This document shows, piece by piece, positions 26,808-37,529 of a stretch of DNA of 64,000 nt. The translations under genes and the position numbers were made by a program. How positions within the stretch are numbered: position 1 is the first letter of the stretch; each line of letters opens with the position of its first letter. The stretch is from Acidaminococcales bacterium (GTDB lineage: Bacteria; Bacillota; Negativicutes; Acidaminococcales; JAISLQ01), in NCBI GenBank assembly GCA_031552765.1, contig JAVBME010000005.1, positions 9,328-73,327 of the forward strand. The letters run 5' to 3'. Under the pieces are notes generated by a model. That model searched no databases, had not been told where the DNA came from, and was given only the letters and a program-made list of their open reading frames with translations.

Positions 26808-26833
26808 AGGATTTTCGAAAAATTTGGCGAATT
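26808..26833 (+). promoter_or_regulatory. Sigma-H-like promoter candidate upstream of hpf
   Basis: AGGATTT (26808-26814), a 14-nt spacer, then GAATT (26829-26833). This resembles the Bacillus SigH consensus as I remember it. Confidence 0.35.
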
Positions 26834-26906
26834 AGACCAATATAACAAAAGGTGCGGCAAACCGCGCTTTTTGTTGAACATAGTGTTTTAAGGAGGCTGA
26901 TTTTTA

Positions 26907-27440
26907 ATGGCTATTACAGTACGCGGAAAAAACATTGAAGTTACGCCAGCGCTCCGGGATTATGTGGAAAAGAGGGTGAGCAAGGTCACGAAGTACTTTT
27001 CCGATGTCGGCGATATACACGCCGCTTTGGCAGTGGAAAAGGCCAAACATATCGTGGAGGTGACTGTACCGGTAAACGGGATATTGCTAAGGGCCCAGGA
27101 AATGACCGATGACATGTATACTTCTATAGATTTGGTCGTCGATAAGATAGAAAGACAGATCAGAAAATATAAGACCAAACTTATGAAAAGGTTCCGCAAT
27201 TCCGGCAATAACGGTTTTCGCAGTGAATTGGTGCCCGATCATCAGGCGGTCGAAGAAGAGCGCATAATCAAGACCAAGCGTTTTCCCATAAAGCCCATGA
27301 ACGCCGAAGAGGCGATAATGCAAATGAACCTTATACATCACGACTTTTTTGTGTATTTTGACGGCGATGAGGGGGCCATAAGCGTGGTGTACAGACGTAA
27401 AGACGGGGATTACGGACTGATAGCTCCGGAAATAAAATGA
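26907..27440 (+). CDS. hpf: Ribosome hibernation promoting factor (long HPF)
   Basis: MAITVRGKNIEVTPALRDYVEKR...C-terminal dimerisation domain RFPIKPM..EEAI.QMNL..HDFFVYF. SD is AAGGAGG. Confidence 0.93.
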   Translation: MAITVRGKNIEVTPALRDYVEKRVSKVTKYFSDVGDIHAALAVEKAKHIVEVTVPVNGILLRAQEMTDDMYTSIDLVVDKIERQIRKYKTKLMKRFRNSGNNGFRSELVPDHQAVEEERIIKTKRFPIKPMNAEEAIMQMNLIHHDFFVYFDGDEGAISVVYRRKDGDYGLIAPEIK

Positions 27441-27453
27441 CTTAAAAATAGTG

Positions 27454-27486
27454 AAACAGGCCGGCGTAAAGCCGGCTTGTTTCGTG
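27454..27486 (+). terminator. Probable terminator
   Basis: ACAGGCCGGC-GTAAA-GCCGGCTTGT followed by a T-rich tail. Confidence 0.55.
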
Positions 27487-27683
27487 TTCGCCTGTCATGT
27501 ATCTTTTATAGAAATTGCCGGCGAAAATTTATAGGCTTTTGTTGTGAATAAAGTGTGAACAAATATGTACTCAATAGACTTTTCTCCCTGTTTCTGGTAA
27601 AATACTAAGATGGATAATAGGATATTAAGGCAAAAACATTAACGCTTTTGTAATAGCGCTTAGTTTAGGAGTGATTTGATAAA

Positions 27684-30200
27684 ATGTTCGGCTTTGTGCA
27701 AAAGCTCTTTGGCGACCCCAACGAAAAAGAGTTGAAAAAGATCCAACCGTATGTTGATGAAATAAACAGCCTGGAAGCGGCTATGATGAGTATGAGCGAC
27801 GCCGCTCTGACCGGGAAGACTTGGGAGTTTAAGAGCCGCCTTGATAAAGGCGAAAAAATGCAGGATCTGCTGCCGGAAGCTTTCGCTGTGGTACGGGAAG
27901 CTTCGCGCCGCATACTCGGTATGCGGCATTTTGACGTACAGCTTATCGGCGGCGTAGCACTGCACGAAGGGAAAATAGCCGAAATGCGAACAGGTGAAGG
28001 CAAGACGCTTGTCGCTACTTTGCCTGTTTACCTCAATGCTTTGGCCGGCAAGGGCGTACATGTAGTTACGGTAAACGATTATCTGGCCAAGCGCGATAGC
28101 GAGTGGATGGGCAAGCTTTACCGTTTTTTAGGTTTGTCGGTGGGCCTGATAGTGCACGGTTTGGACTTTCCGCAGAGAAAGGCCGCTTATGCCGCTGATG
28201 TTACTTATGGTACGAACAATGAGTTTGGTTTTGACTATTTGCGCGACAATATGGTCATAAGCCCGGACCAGATGGTACAAAGAGAGCTCAATTACGCGAT
28301 CGTGGACGAAGTGGACAGCATACTTATCGACGAAGCCCGGACGCCGCTCATCATTTCCGGCCCCGGAGAAAAATCCACAGATATGTATAAAGTGCTGGCC
28401 CGTATAGTGCCTAATCTGACGCCGGGCGATGATTATACGGTAGACGAAAAAGCCCATACAGTGGCGCCGACAGAAAGCGGCATCGCCAAAGCGGAAAAAG
28501 CTTTGGGCGTAAAAAACCTCTATGAAGGGGAAAATGTCGAGCTGTCACACCATTTCAACCAGGCTTTGAAAGCCGAAGCGTTGATGCACAAAGATAAAGA
28601 CTATGTGGTAAAAGACGGCGAAGTCATTATAGTCGACGAATTTACCGGGCGTTTGATGTTTGGCCGTCGTTTCTCCGATGGCCTGCACCAGGCCATAGAA
28701 GCTAAGGAAGGCGTGCGGGTAGAGCGTGAGAGCCAGACTTTGGCGACCATAACGTTCCAGAATTATTTCCGCATGTTCAAAAAACTGGCCGGCATGACCG
28801 GCACGGCCAAGACTGAGGAGCCGGAGTTCCAGAAGATATACAAGCTGGATGTCCTGGTCATCCCAACCAATATGCCTAACCGGCGCGAGGATTTCCCGGA
28901 CGCCGTATATAAAAGCAAGAAAGCGAAATACCGCGCTGTTATAAAGGAAATCTGCGAGCTACATGCTACCGGCCAGCCGATACTTGTCGGCACGACTTCT
29001 ATCGTCCAGTCGGAAGAACTGTCTGAGATGCTAAAGCGCGCCGGTGTTGCGCATAATGTATTGAACGCAAAATACCATGAAAAAGAGGCGGAGATCATCT
29101 CCCTGGCCGGCCAGTTGAACGCTGTCACTATTGCCACCAATATGGCGGGCCGCGGCACGGATATCGTACTCGGGGAGACGGTGCCTGAATTGGGCGGTCT
29201 GCACATTATAGGCACGGAGCGGCACGAAAGCCGCCGTATAGATAACCAGTTGCGCGGGCGCAGCGGCCGGCAGGGCGACCGCGGTTCCAGCCGTTTTTAC
29301 CTGTCGCTGGAAGACGATTTGATGCGGCTTTTCGGTTCGGACAATATAGCCGGGATTATGGACAAGCTGGGTATGGAAGAAGATGAGCCGATAGAACACG
29401 CTATAGTCACAAAATCCATCGAATCGGCACAGAAAAAAGTTGAAAACCGCAACTTTGAAATAAGAAAACAGGTGCTGGAATATGACGACGTCATGAACCA
29501 GCAGCGCGAAGTTATTTATGCCCAGAGGCGCAAGATACTGCTGGAAAATGACTTGAAGCAGAACGTTATCGATATGATCGGGCGTTTGGTCAAACACACC
29601 ATGAACATGCACGCGCCGAAAGAGGTTTACCCCGAAGAGTGGAACCTGGCCGCGCTCATCGCTTACGCGGAAGAGTTTTACGCTCCCGATGGGGCGCTCG
29701 TGGAAGAAGAACTGGTCAAACTCAGCCGGGAAGAACTGGAAGAACTGCTGCAAAAAACCGCCCTGGAACATTATGCCGTCAGGGAAGCGGACATTGGCGC
29801 CCAGACGATGCGGGAGCTGGAAAAAGTCGTCATGCTCAGGGTAGTGGACGACAAGTGGATGGAACACCTTGACGCCATGGATATGCTGCGGGAAGGCATC
29901 GGCCTGAGGGCGTACGGGCAAAAAGACCCGCTGGTAGAATACAAAGTGGAAGCGTATGATATGTTCCAGGCGATGATAGAGGCTATGCAGGATGACATCG
30001 TACGCTATATGTATAGGGTGAGCATCGTGGCGAAGCCGGAAGTGTCCGACCACCTGCAACACGCCCAGGCGGTGCATGCCGGCGACAGCGTCGAGCCGCC
30101 TAAAAAGCAGCCGCTGGTGAAAAAGGAAGATATCGGGCGTAACGAGCCCTGTCCCTGCGGCAGCGGGAAAAAATACAAGCAGTGCTGTGGGCGTAATTAA
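27684..30200 (+). CDS. secA: Preprotein translocase ATPase SecA
   Basis: [28 protein letters not shown] and [10 protein letters not shown], with the C-terminal zinc motif [14 protein letters not shown]. Confidence 0.97.
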   Translation: MFGFVQKLFGDPNEKELKKIQPYVDEINSLEAAMMSMSDAALTGKTWEFKSRLDKGEKMQDLLPEAFAVVREASRRILGMRHFDVQLIGGVALHEGKIAEMRTGEGKTLVATLPVYLNALAGKGVHVVTVNDYLAKRDSEWMGKLYRFLGLSVGLIVHGLDFPQRKAAYAADVTYGTNNEFGFDYLRDNMVISPDQMVQRELNYAIVDEVDSILIDEARTPLIISGPGEKSTDMYKVLARIVPNLTPGDDYTVDEKAHTVAPTESGIAKAEKALGVKNLYEGENVELSHHFNQALKAEALMHKDKDYVVKDGEVIIVDEFTGRLMFGRRFSDGLHQAIEAKEGVRVERESQTLATITFQNYFRMFKKLAGMTGTAKTEEPEFQKIYKLDVLVIPTNMPNRREDFPDAVYKSKKAKYRAVIKEICELHATGQPILVGTTSIVQSEELSEMLKRAGVAHNVLNAKYHEKEAEIISLAGQLNAVTIATNMAGRGTDIVLGETVPELGGLHIIGTERHESRRIDNQLRGRSGRQGDRGSSRFYLSLEDDLMRLFGSDNIAGIMDKLGMEEDEPIEHAIVTKSIESAQKKVENRNFEIRKQVLEYDDVMNQQREVIYAQRRKILLENDLKQNVIDMIGRLVKHTMNMHAPKEVYPEEWNLAALIAYAEEFYAPDGALVEEELVKLSREELEELLQKTALEHYAVREADIGAQTMRELEKVVMLRVVDDKWMEHLDAMDMLREGIGLRAYGQKDPLVEYKVEAYDMFQAMIEAMQDDIVRYMYRVSIVAKPEVSDHLQHAQAVHAGDSVEPPKKQPLVKKEDIGRNEPCPCGSGKKYKQCCGRN

Positions 30201-30227
30201 TCGTTTTAGTTTAGGGAGTTGATACAA

Positions 30228-31338
30228 GTGTTGATAGCGGAATATAAACCCGAGATACAAAGTTTGGCGGCCAAGTTAGAGGAAATGAGGGATTCACTTT
30301 GACGTCGCTAGAAAAAGCGAACGCATAGCCGAACTGGAGCATAAGATGAGCGCGCCCGGCTTTTGGGACGACCCGCAGGCCGCGCAAAAAATAACGCAGG
30401 AAACCACTGTACTGAAAGAGGAAATAGACACATGGCATAAACTGAAAAACCGCCTGGAAGATGTGGAAACGCTGTGGGAACTGGCGGTGGAAGAGGGAGA
30501 AGGCAGCCTGGAAGGCGAGATAAGCGAAGGTCTTTGTGGCATACGGGCCGACATAGAGCATCTTGAGCTCAATCTTTTGCTGAGCGGGGAATATGACGCT
30601 AATAACGCCATTTTGAATATCCACGCCGGCGCCGGCGGCACCGAAGCCCAGGACTGGGCCGAGATGCTGCTGCGCATGTATTCGCGTTACGGCGAGCGGG
30701 CCGGTTTTAAAGTAGAGATCATCGATTTGCAAGATGGCGACGAGGCGGGTATCAAGAGCGCTACTATCGGTATCAGCGGACACAATGCCTACGGTTATTT
30801 GAAATCGGAAAAAGGCGTCCACCGCCTGGTGCGTATATCGCCGTTTGACTCTAATGCCAGGCGGCATACTTCTTTTGCCGCGCTCGACGTCATGCCGGAA
30901 ATAGAAGACAATGTAGAGATAGAAATAAACCCTGTCGACCTCAAGGTAGATACCTTCCGGGCCAGCGGCGCCGGCGGACAGCATATCAATAAGACCGACT
31001 CGGCGGTCAGGATGACCCATATCCCGACAGGCATCATCGTGCAATGCCAAAACCAGCGTTCCCAGATACAAAACCGCGAACGTTGCATGCAGCTGCTCCG
31101 GGCCAAACTGTTCGAACTGGAACGCCAGAAAAAGGCCGACCTGCAAAACCAGATCGCCGGCGATTACCAGGCAATAGAGTGGGGCAGCCAGATACGTTCT
31201 TATGTTTTCCATCCCTATAACATGGTGAAAGACCACCGTACCAGTGTGGAAACAGGTAACGTACAGGCTGTGATGGACGGCAATCTCGACATATTTATCG
31301 AAGGCTATCTGAAAGACCTGCAAAACAAAAAAGCGTAG
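30228..31338 (+). CDS. prfB: Peptide chain release factor 2, with programmed +1 frameshift at 30297-30303
   Basis: Frame 0 runs from GTG 30228 to CTT (30297-30299) and TGA (30300-30302). Skipping T30300 continues GAC... into ORF 30346..31338. An SD-like AGGGA lies 4 nt upstream. SPF and GGQ motifs are present. Confidence 0.94.
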
Positions 31339-31380
31339 CAGTTTTTATGCGCATAAGTCTGCCGCTTTCTACCCGGGAAT

Positions 31381-31500
31381 GATAAACAAGAAGGTGGTAG
31401 AGGTGGTGGCGCGAGGAGTATTTTAGCGGAAGCGTACACGTGTGTACGTTGAGCATAAAATGCGACGAGTAACGGCACATATGCCGCCTTCTTGTTTATC
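31381..31500 (+). repeat. 120-nt element closed by 17-bp inverted repeat (structured leader or MITE-like element)
   Basis: GATAAACAAGAAGGTGG (31381-31397) pairs with CCGCCTTCTTGTTTATC (31484-31500), with one G-U pair. There is an internal hairpin CGTACA-CGTG-TGTACG (31433-31448). The element ends 3 nt before the SD GTGGAGG. Confidence 0.6.
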
Positions 31501-31514
31501 GTAGTGGAGGCATT

Positions 31515-33581
31515 TTGACAAAATATATTTATAACAGATACATGTTAATATTGATCGTTTTGGGCCTGTTCTTTGCCATAGTCCTGAGCGTGGGCCGCAG
31601 CCGGGTGGAAAATGCCAACCGTAGCGTAGAGATGATTTACGAATACGGTGAAGTACTGCGCCTGGCGGCTGATGCCGGAAAAACGCCTGCTGAAACCATG
31701 AAGCTGTTCAAAGACAGTGGCATTACTTCTTTGGCGGTGTTTGAAGTTACACTGGAACATTTGGTAAAACGGGGTTTGGTGGCAGTAACCGACGGCGCGG
31801 ATCTTTTGGCCAAGAGCAAGGCCGGCCTGTTGTCGGAAGGCCTTTGGCGTGAGTACATAGCCAGCGGCCAGATAGCGGCTGACGCTATTTATATAACCGC
31901 CAGTGTGAACGGCGCTGTGCAAAAAGAGATAGAAGAAGACCTGGCGCAGCGTTTCGGCGCGGACCGGGTGCGGGTGTTGCGGGAAAACGGCCCGCACATC
32001 ATCGCAGTAAAGGGCGATCATAAAGATGTCATGGAGCAGCATTTGGGCATACTTTCCTCTGATATCGAGGAAGTAGCCAGGCATGGCTTCAAGGTCATCG
32101 CCCGCCCGACCAACTACCATGCCGTTACCCCGGACAACATAAAAGCGCTCTTTGCCCGTTTGGATAAAACTCCGGGCAAGGTTTCCGGCCTATTGTTTAC
32201 CGGGCAGGAAGTATTGGGCTTTCCGGACGAACTGCCGCTGGTCGCCGCTGAAATGAACAAGCGGGGCCTGACTTTGGGCATGACGGAACATCCTTTGCAG
32301 TTGCAGTTTGACAAACAGGCCGGCTTGGTGGATTTGGGCAAACTTGCCAATTACCAGGTGGCTCGCCTTTACGTCATAGACAAAACCGAGCAGGAAAAAC
32401 GCCTGGATGTGCCGCAGGCGCTGCGTCGCTGGTCGCTGACCGATGAAGAGCGCAATGTGCGCATGAACTATATTCGTTCTTTTTGGGCGCCGTCTCCCGG
32501 CATGACCCTTTTGGAAACCAATCTCGACTATGTAGCGCAAATACGCGATTCTGTGGCGAAAAGAGGTTTTTCTTTCGGTCCGGCCGGCGTATTCCAGCCA
32601 TATCTCCCGAATAAATTCTTTTTCATACCCTTGATTTTCGGCGCGGTGGCGGCCGGAGTGCTTTATCTGTCCACCCTGACGGCCCGCCTTACCGGAAAAC
32701 GGCAGCTTGTTCTGACGTTAGTGGCTGGAGCGGCTCTGTCCCTGCCGTTTGCTTTTACTGATGTGGTGTTCATCCGCCAGGCAGTAGCTTTGTTGTCAGC
32801 AGTTATTTTCCCTGTGCTGTCTATAGCCTGGCAACTGGCAAACTGGGAAAAATTAGCGGAAAATCCAAATAAATCGCTGTTTTGTATCATAAAACACAGC
32901 ATATGGCAACTGGCGGCGGCAGTATTTTTGTCGCTGGCCGGCGGGGCCTATATCAGCGGCATACTGGGCGACATAAATTTCATGCTGGAGATGGATATCT
33001 ACCGCGGCGTGAAGCTTACATTCTTATTGCCGCTCGTGCTGGTCACGCTTATTTACCTCAAACGTTACAATGTATTTGGCGAGCCTTTGGAAAATAAGAG
33101 CGGCCTTATCAGCCAGCTGCGGGAACTGATGGATTACCCGGTGCAACTAAAGACGCTGTTTTGTCTGGGCGTCGGCGCTGTAGTAGCCTATATTTTTATC
33201 GGCCGCACAGGACATACGGCAGGTTTGCCGGTGCCGGGCCTCGAAATAAAGATGCGCTATTTCCTGGAAGAAGTGATGTACGCCCGGCCGCGGGAAAAAG
33301 AATTCCTGGTGGGGCATCCTTCCTTTTTCCTGGCCGCGTTAGCGGCCAGCCGTAACCTGCCGCATATCATGCTTTATTGCCTGGTGATAGGCGCGACTAT
33401 CGGCCAGGGCTGTTTAGTCGAGACTTTCGCCCATATGAGGACGCCTGTTCTGATGTCCTTCATCCGCGCCCTTGACGGTTTGTGGATGGGCGCCATTCTT
33501 GGCATAATAGCTGTTTTAGGAGCCAGCGCCTGTTTGGCGGCCGGTAAGTACCTTAAAAGGAGATATGCCGGTGACTCGTAA
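31515..33581 (+). CDS. Large polytopic membrane protein (DUF5693-like), csaB-associated
   Basis: TTG start after GTGGAGG. An N-terminal TM segment and a soluble domain of about 330 aa are followed by about 8 C-terminal TM segments. It overlaps csaB by 17 nt. The family name is recalled from memory of csaB neighbourhoods. Confidence 0.55.
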   Translation: MTKYIYNRYMLILIVLGLFFAIVLSVGRSRVENANRSVEMIYEYGEVLRLAADAGKTPAETMKLFKDSGITSLAVFEVTLEHLVKRGLVAVTDGADLLAKSKAGLLSEGLWREYIASGQIAADAIYITASVNGAVQKEIEEDLAQRFGADRVRVLRENGPHIIAVKGDHKDVMEQHLGILSSDIEEVARHGFKVIARPTNYHAVTPDNIKALFARLDKTPGKVSGLLFTGQEVLGFPDELPLVAAEMNKRGLTLGMTEHPLQLQFDKQAGLVDLGKLANYQVARLYVIDKTEQEKRLDVPQALRRWSLTDEERNVRMNYIRSFWAPSPGMTLLETNLDYVAQIRDSVAKRGFSFGPAGVFQPYLPNKFFFIPLIFGAVAAGVLYLSTLTARLTGKRQLVLTLVAGAALSLPFAFTDVVFIRQAVALLSAVIFPVLSIAWQLANWEKLAENPNKSLFCIIKHSIWQLAAAVFLSLAGGAYISGILGDINFMLEMDIYRGVKLTFLLPLVLVTLIYLKRYNVFGEPLENKSGLISQLRELMDYPVQLKTLFCLGVGAVVAYIFIGRTGHTAGLPVPGLEIKMRYFLEEVMYARPREKEFLVGHPSFFLAALAASRNLPHIMLYCLVIGATIGQGCLVETFAHMRTPVLMSFIRALDGLWMGAILGIIAVLGASACLAAGKYLKRRYAGDS

Positions 33582-34674
33582 AAGAATCCTCATTTGCGGT
33601 TATTATGGTTTTGCCAACGCAGGCGATGAAGCGATGCTCATGGCCGTTATAGAGGCTTTGAGCGATATTTCCGCCGACCTTGATATTACCGTTTTATCCG
33701 GCAACCCCGAGGAGACTATGGCCCGCCACGGTGTGAAGGCTGTGCACCGGATGAGCCTGACGGCTATATTGAAAGCTATGCTGGCGGCCGATCTGGTCAT
33801 TTCCGGCGGCGGGAGCCTGTTGCAGGATGTGACCAGCCGGCGCAGCGTTTTTTACTATCTGGCAGTTATGCAATTGGCAAAACTTCTGGGTAAACCGGTA
33901 GTTTTGTATGGACAGGGCATCGGGCCGCTACGCGGCGGGGTCGCGCGTTTCGCCACCCGCTTTGTCTGCCGGCAGGCCGACCTTATCACTGTGCGCGATA
34001 AAAAATCACTTGACGTACTTAAAGACCTTGGCATTGACAGCAAGCCGGTGGTGCTTACCGCCGACCCGGTCATGGCCATGCACCCGGTGGACAAACTCAG
34101 CGGGCGCATGATCCTGCGCCGTTACGGCATGGAAGGCGCCAAGACGCTTGTCGGCATATCGGCGCGCGACTGGCAGGGGCTGAGCGGGTTTAAGATCGTA
34201 CTGGCTGAGGCGGCAGACCGGCTTATCAGAGATTATGACGCCAGAGTGGTCTTTATGCCTTTACAGTACCCGGACGACCTTGCCATAGCCGGTGAGATAG
34301 CGGGCCTTATGCAGGAAAAAGAACAGGTTGCCGTCATAACCGAGCGTTGCAGCATCGGCGATTTTCTGTCACTGGTAGGAAATATGCAGCTTTTATTGAG
34401 CGTACGCCTGCACGCGCTTATTTTTGGCGCGGTGATGGGAGTGCCGGTGCTCGGCATCTCTTACGATCCGAAGATAGAAGGCTTCCTCGACGGGATATGT
34501 TCTAATGTAGTGGGCGATCTGAATACTGTGACGGCTGATATGGTGATGAGCAGAGTGCAGGCCGTGCTGGAGGACGAAACAATATTGGCCGGGCAGAATG
34601 CCTGTGTGGAAGATATGCGCGGCCAGGCTTTGAAGAACGCTGAACTGGCGATAAAAATGCTGGATAAAAAATGA
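33565..34674 (+). CDS. csaB: Polysaccharide pyruvyl transferase CsaB
   Basis: ILICGYYGFANAGDEAML...ISGGGSLLQDVTS...LRLHALIF. Confidence 0.85.
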   Translation: MPVTRKRILICGYYGFANAGDEAMLMAVIEALSDISADLDITVLSGNPEETMARHGVKAVHRMSLTAILKAMLAADLVISGGGSLLQDVTSRRSVFYYLAVMQLAKLLGKPVVLYGQGIGPLRGGVARFATRFVCRQADLITVRDKKSLDVLKDLGIDSKPVVLTADPVMAMHPVDKLSGRMILRRYGMEGAKTLVGISARDWQGLSGFKIVLAEAADRLIRDYDARVVFMPLQYPDDLAIAGEIAGLMQEKEQVAVITERCSIGDFLSLVGNMQLLLSVRLHALIFGAVMGVPVLGISYDPKIEGFLDGICSNVVGDLNTVTADMVMSRVQAVLEDETILAGQNACVEDMRGQALKNAELAIKMLDKK

Positions 34675-34717
34675 TTTTGCCTTTTGTGCTTTAGGTAAAG
34701 GGGGATTCCTGTAAACT

Positions 34718-35404
34718 ATGATCATCATGAGCGATATCAGCAAACGCTATAATAACGGCCTGGTAGCTTTGCGCGACGTGAGCATCCATATCAAACGCGG
34801 CGAATTTGTGTTTGTGGTCGGCCCGAGCGGAGCCGGCAAATCCACTTTTATCAAAATGCTGTTCCGCGAAGTGCTTCCGACCAGCGGCAACCTTTTTGTC
34901 AACGGTATCAATATCGGCGCTTTGCCGGAAAGCGAAGTGCCGTACGTCAGGCGTTCTTTAGGCATAGTATTTCAGGATTACCGTCTTTTGCCTGACCGCA
35001 CTGTGCATGAAAACATAGCTTTTGCCATGCAGGTCATCGAAGCCCCGTACAGGGAAATACAAAAACGGGTGAACACCGTGCTCGATATGGTGGGCCTTAG
35101 GCATAAATCGCGCGCTTATCCGCAGGAAATGTCCGGCGGCGAGCAGCAGCGGGTAGCTATTGCCCGGGCGATAGTCAACAACCCGTTTCTCGTCATAGCG
35201 GACGAGCCGACCGGTAACCTTGACCCGGACAACAGCCGCGACATCATGCGGATATTCACTGAGATAAACAGCGACGGCACGACTATCGTTATGGCCACGC
35301 ACGATAAGGATATAGTCGATACTATGAATAAGCGCGTAATTGCTATAGAAAACGGCCAGATCGCACGCGACGAAGAAGGAGGCGCGTACGGTTATGAGCT
35401 TTAG
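34718..35404 (+). CDS. ftsE: Cell division ATP-binding protein FtsE
   Basis: Has [23 protein letters not shown] and [11 protein letters not shown], and is followed by ftsX. Confidence 0.93.
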   Translation: MIIMSDISKRYNNGLVALRDVSIHIKRGEFVFVVGPSGAGKSTFIKMLFREVLPTSGNLFVNGINIGALPESEVPYVRRSLGIVFQDYRLLPDRTVHENIAFAMQVIEAPYREIQKRVNTVLDMVGLRHKSRAYPQEMSGGEQQRVAIARAIVNNPFLVIADEPTGNLDPDNSRDIMRIFTEINSDGTTIVMATHDKDIVDTMNKRVIAIENGQIARDEEGGAYGYEL

Positions 35405-36281
35405 GACCAAGGAATATTTTGTGCGCGAAGCCGCGCTTTCCATCAAGCGCAACCGTTTGATGAGCATTGCGTCTATTTCTACGGTGGCGATTTCTTTATT
35501 GATATTGGGGATTTTTACCATAATGATCCTCAATATGAATAACCTGGCCAACATTTTGGAATCGCAGGTACAGGTGACGGCCTATCTTTCCGACGAGGCT
35601 AAAGAAGACGACGTGACCAAGCTGGCAGAGCAGATAAAAAAGCTGCCTGGCGTTACAAAGGTGGATTTTATCAGTAAGGAAGAAGCGTTGAAGCGTTTTG
35701 CCAACCGGCTGGGCGAACGAAAGGAACTGCTGGACAGCCTGGGCAACACTAACCCTTTGCCTAATGCTTATGAGATACATGTAGATGCGCCGGACAAAGT
35801 AAAGCCGGTCGCGGAAGCGGTGCGCAAACTGGGCAAGGTAGAAGATACCCGCTTCGGGCAGGAAACTATTGAGCAACTGTTCAGCCTTACCAAGATATTG
35901 CGGTATGGCGGTTTTATTTTGATCGTATTTTTGGCTTTTGCCGCCTTGTTTATTATTTCCAATACCATCAGGATCACGGTCTTTTCCCGGCGCCGGGAAG
36001 TGAGCATAATGAAATACGTCGGCGCCACAGACTGGTTCATCCGCTGGCCCTTCCTCCTCGAGGGCATGGCTCTCGGGCTTTTCGGCTCGCTGATTGCGGT
36101 ACTCCTTTTGGTCTGGGTATACGGCATGATAGTAGACCGGGTGCATGCTTCTTTGGCTTTTATGCCACTAGTGCCCCGCTCTCCCATGCTTACTTATATT
36201 TCTGTTTGCCTTTTGGCTGTCGGTATGGGCATAGGGGCTTTGGGCAGCAGCATTTCGCTCAAGAAGTTCCTGAAAGTATGA
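35394..36281 (+). CDS. ftsX: Cell division permease-like protein FtsX
   Basis: Overlaps ftsE by 11 nt. It has an N-terminal TM segment, a periplasmic domain and three C-terminal TM segments. Has the motif MKYVGATDWFIRWPF. Confidence 0.9.
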   Translation: MSFRTKEYFVREAALSIKRNRLMSIASISTVAISLLILGIFTIMILNMNNLANILESQVQVTAYLSDEAKEDDVTKLAEQIKKLPGVTKVDFISKEEALKRFANRLGERKELLDSLGNTNPLPNAYEIHVDAPDKVKPVAEAVRKLGKVEDTRFGQETIEQLFSLTKILRYGGFILIVFLAFAALFIISNTIRITVFSRRREVSIMKYVGATDWFIRWPFLLEGMALGLFGSLIAVLLLVWVYGMIVDRVHASLAFMPLVPRSPMLTYISVCLLAVGMGIGALGSSISLKKFLKV

Positions 36282-36296
36282 TGAGGAGGCTGCCCG

Positions 36297-37448
36297 ATGC
36301 TGGATAACAAGCGTATAGCTTCTTTTGCCTTGGCTTGCCTCCTGCTGTCTTTTACCTTGCCCGCTCTGGCGGAAGTGAGCGAAGACGACAAGACGAAAGT
36401 AAAAGAAAAACAAGAGGAACTTCAGGAAATACAAGGGCAAATGGGGCAGAAAAAAGCCCGGGTCGACCAGACCAGGCAAAAAGCCCGGGTCGCCCATGAG
36501 CAACTGCGCGAAGTGGAATCCAGCCTGGCTGCGGCGGAAAAAGAGCTGTCCACGCTGGAGACCAATCTGGGCGGCGTGGAAAACCAGATGGCGACAAACG
36601 AAGGCATCCTCGCCAAAGCGAAAGCCGACCTTAAAGCGCGCAATGCCGCTTATGCCAAGCGTGTGCGCAATATTTACATGCACGGCCAGATGAATTATCT
36701 GGATGTCCTTTTGGGCGCCAAGGATTTTTCCGATTTTACCACGCGGGTGGAACTTTTGCTGCGCATCGTGCGCAATGATATCCAGCTTATCGACCAGATA
36801 AAAGAAGGGCAGCAGGTAGTAAAGACCCAACAGGAAAAGCTAGAGCAAGACCGGCGGGAAATAAAAAAACTGCGTGACGAGACCGCCGCGAAAAAAGAAA
36901 CCATTGCCGAACACAGGAAGCAAAGGCGGGTGGTCTTTGAACAGGCGGCTGGGGAGCGCGACCAGGCCGAACGCGAATATAACGACCTGATGGCGACTTC
37001 CCAACGCATAACCGATATGATCAAACGCCTCGAGGCCGGCGGGCAGATCACCGGGAGGGGAACCGGGTCGATGTCCTGGCCGATCCGTGGGCCGATAACT
37101 TCGCCTTTTGGCTGGCGGGTGCATCCGATTTTCGGCACGCAAAAATATCATTCCGGCATGGATATTGCCGGTGATTACGGCGACCCGATAAGGGCGGCCG
37201 ACGACGGAGTAGTAGTAAGCTCCGGCTGGCTGGGCGGCTATGGCTACTGTGTCATCATCGACCACGGCAACGGTCTGACTACGCTTTATGGGCATAATTC
37301 GGAGCTGCACGTAAGCGTGGGCAATAAGGTATACAAAGGGCAGACAATAGCGCTTTGCGGCTCTACCGGTTATTCTACCGGCCCGCATTGCCATTTTGAA
37401 GTGAGAAAACACGGCGAGACGGTCAACCCGATGAATTATCTGCCTTGA
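36297..37448 (+). CDS. M23 peptidase with N-terminal coiled coil (EnvC-like murein hydrolase/activator)
   Basis: Signal peptide and a long coiled coil. The LytM domain carries HSGMDIAG...GHNSELHV...GPHCHFEV (HxxxD and HxH intact). Confidence 0.86.
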   Translation: MLDNKRIASFALACLLLSFTLPALAEVSEDDKTKVKEKQEELQEIQGQMGQKKARVDQTRQKARVAHEQLREVESSLAAAEKELSTLETNLGGVENQMATNEGILAKAKADLKARNAAYAKRVRNIYMHGQMNYLDVLLGAKDFSDFTTRVELLLRIVRNDIQLIDQIKEGQQVVKTQQEKLEQDRREIKKLRDETAAKKETIAEHRKQRRVVFEQAAGERDQAEREYNDLMATSQRITDMIKRLEAGGQITGRGTGSMSWPIRGPITSPFGWRVHPIFGTQKYHSGMDIAGDYGDPIRAADDGVVVSSGWLGGYGYCVIIDHGNGLTTLYGHNSELHVSVGNKVYKGQTIALCGSTGYSTGPHCHFEVRKHGETVNPMNYLP

Positions 37449-37529
37449 TAGGTTTACATACAGTGAGGGCTGCCAGAGCCGGGGCGCGTGTCCGGAGAGA
37501 TATTTTGGCAGTTGGGATTAAGGGGGCGG

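Noticed and set aside
29031-31323. Two long minus-strand ORFs (409 aa and 370 aa) antisense to secA and prfB
   Set aside because: The same reasoning applies. The + strand products are unambiguous SecA and RF2, and the antisense translations have no motifs.
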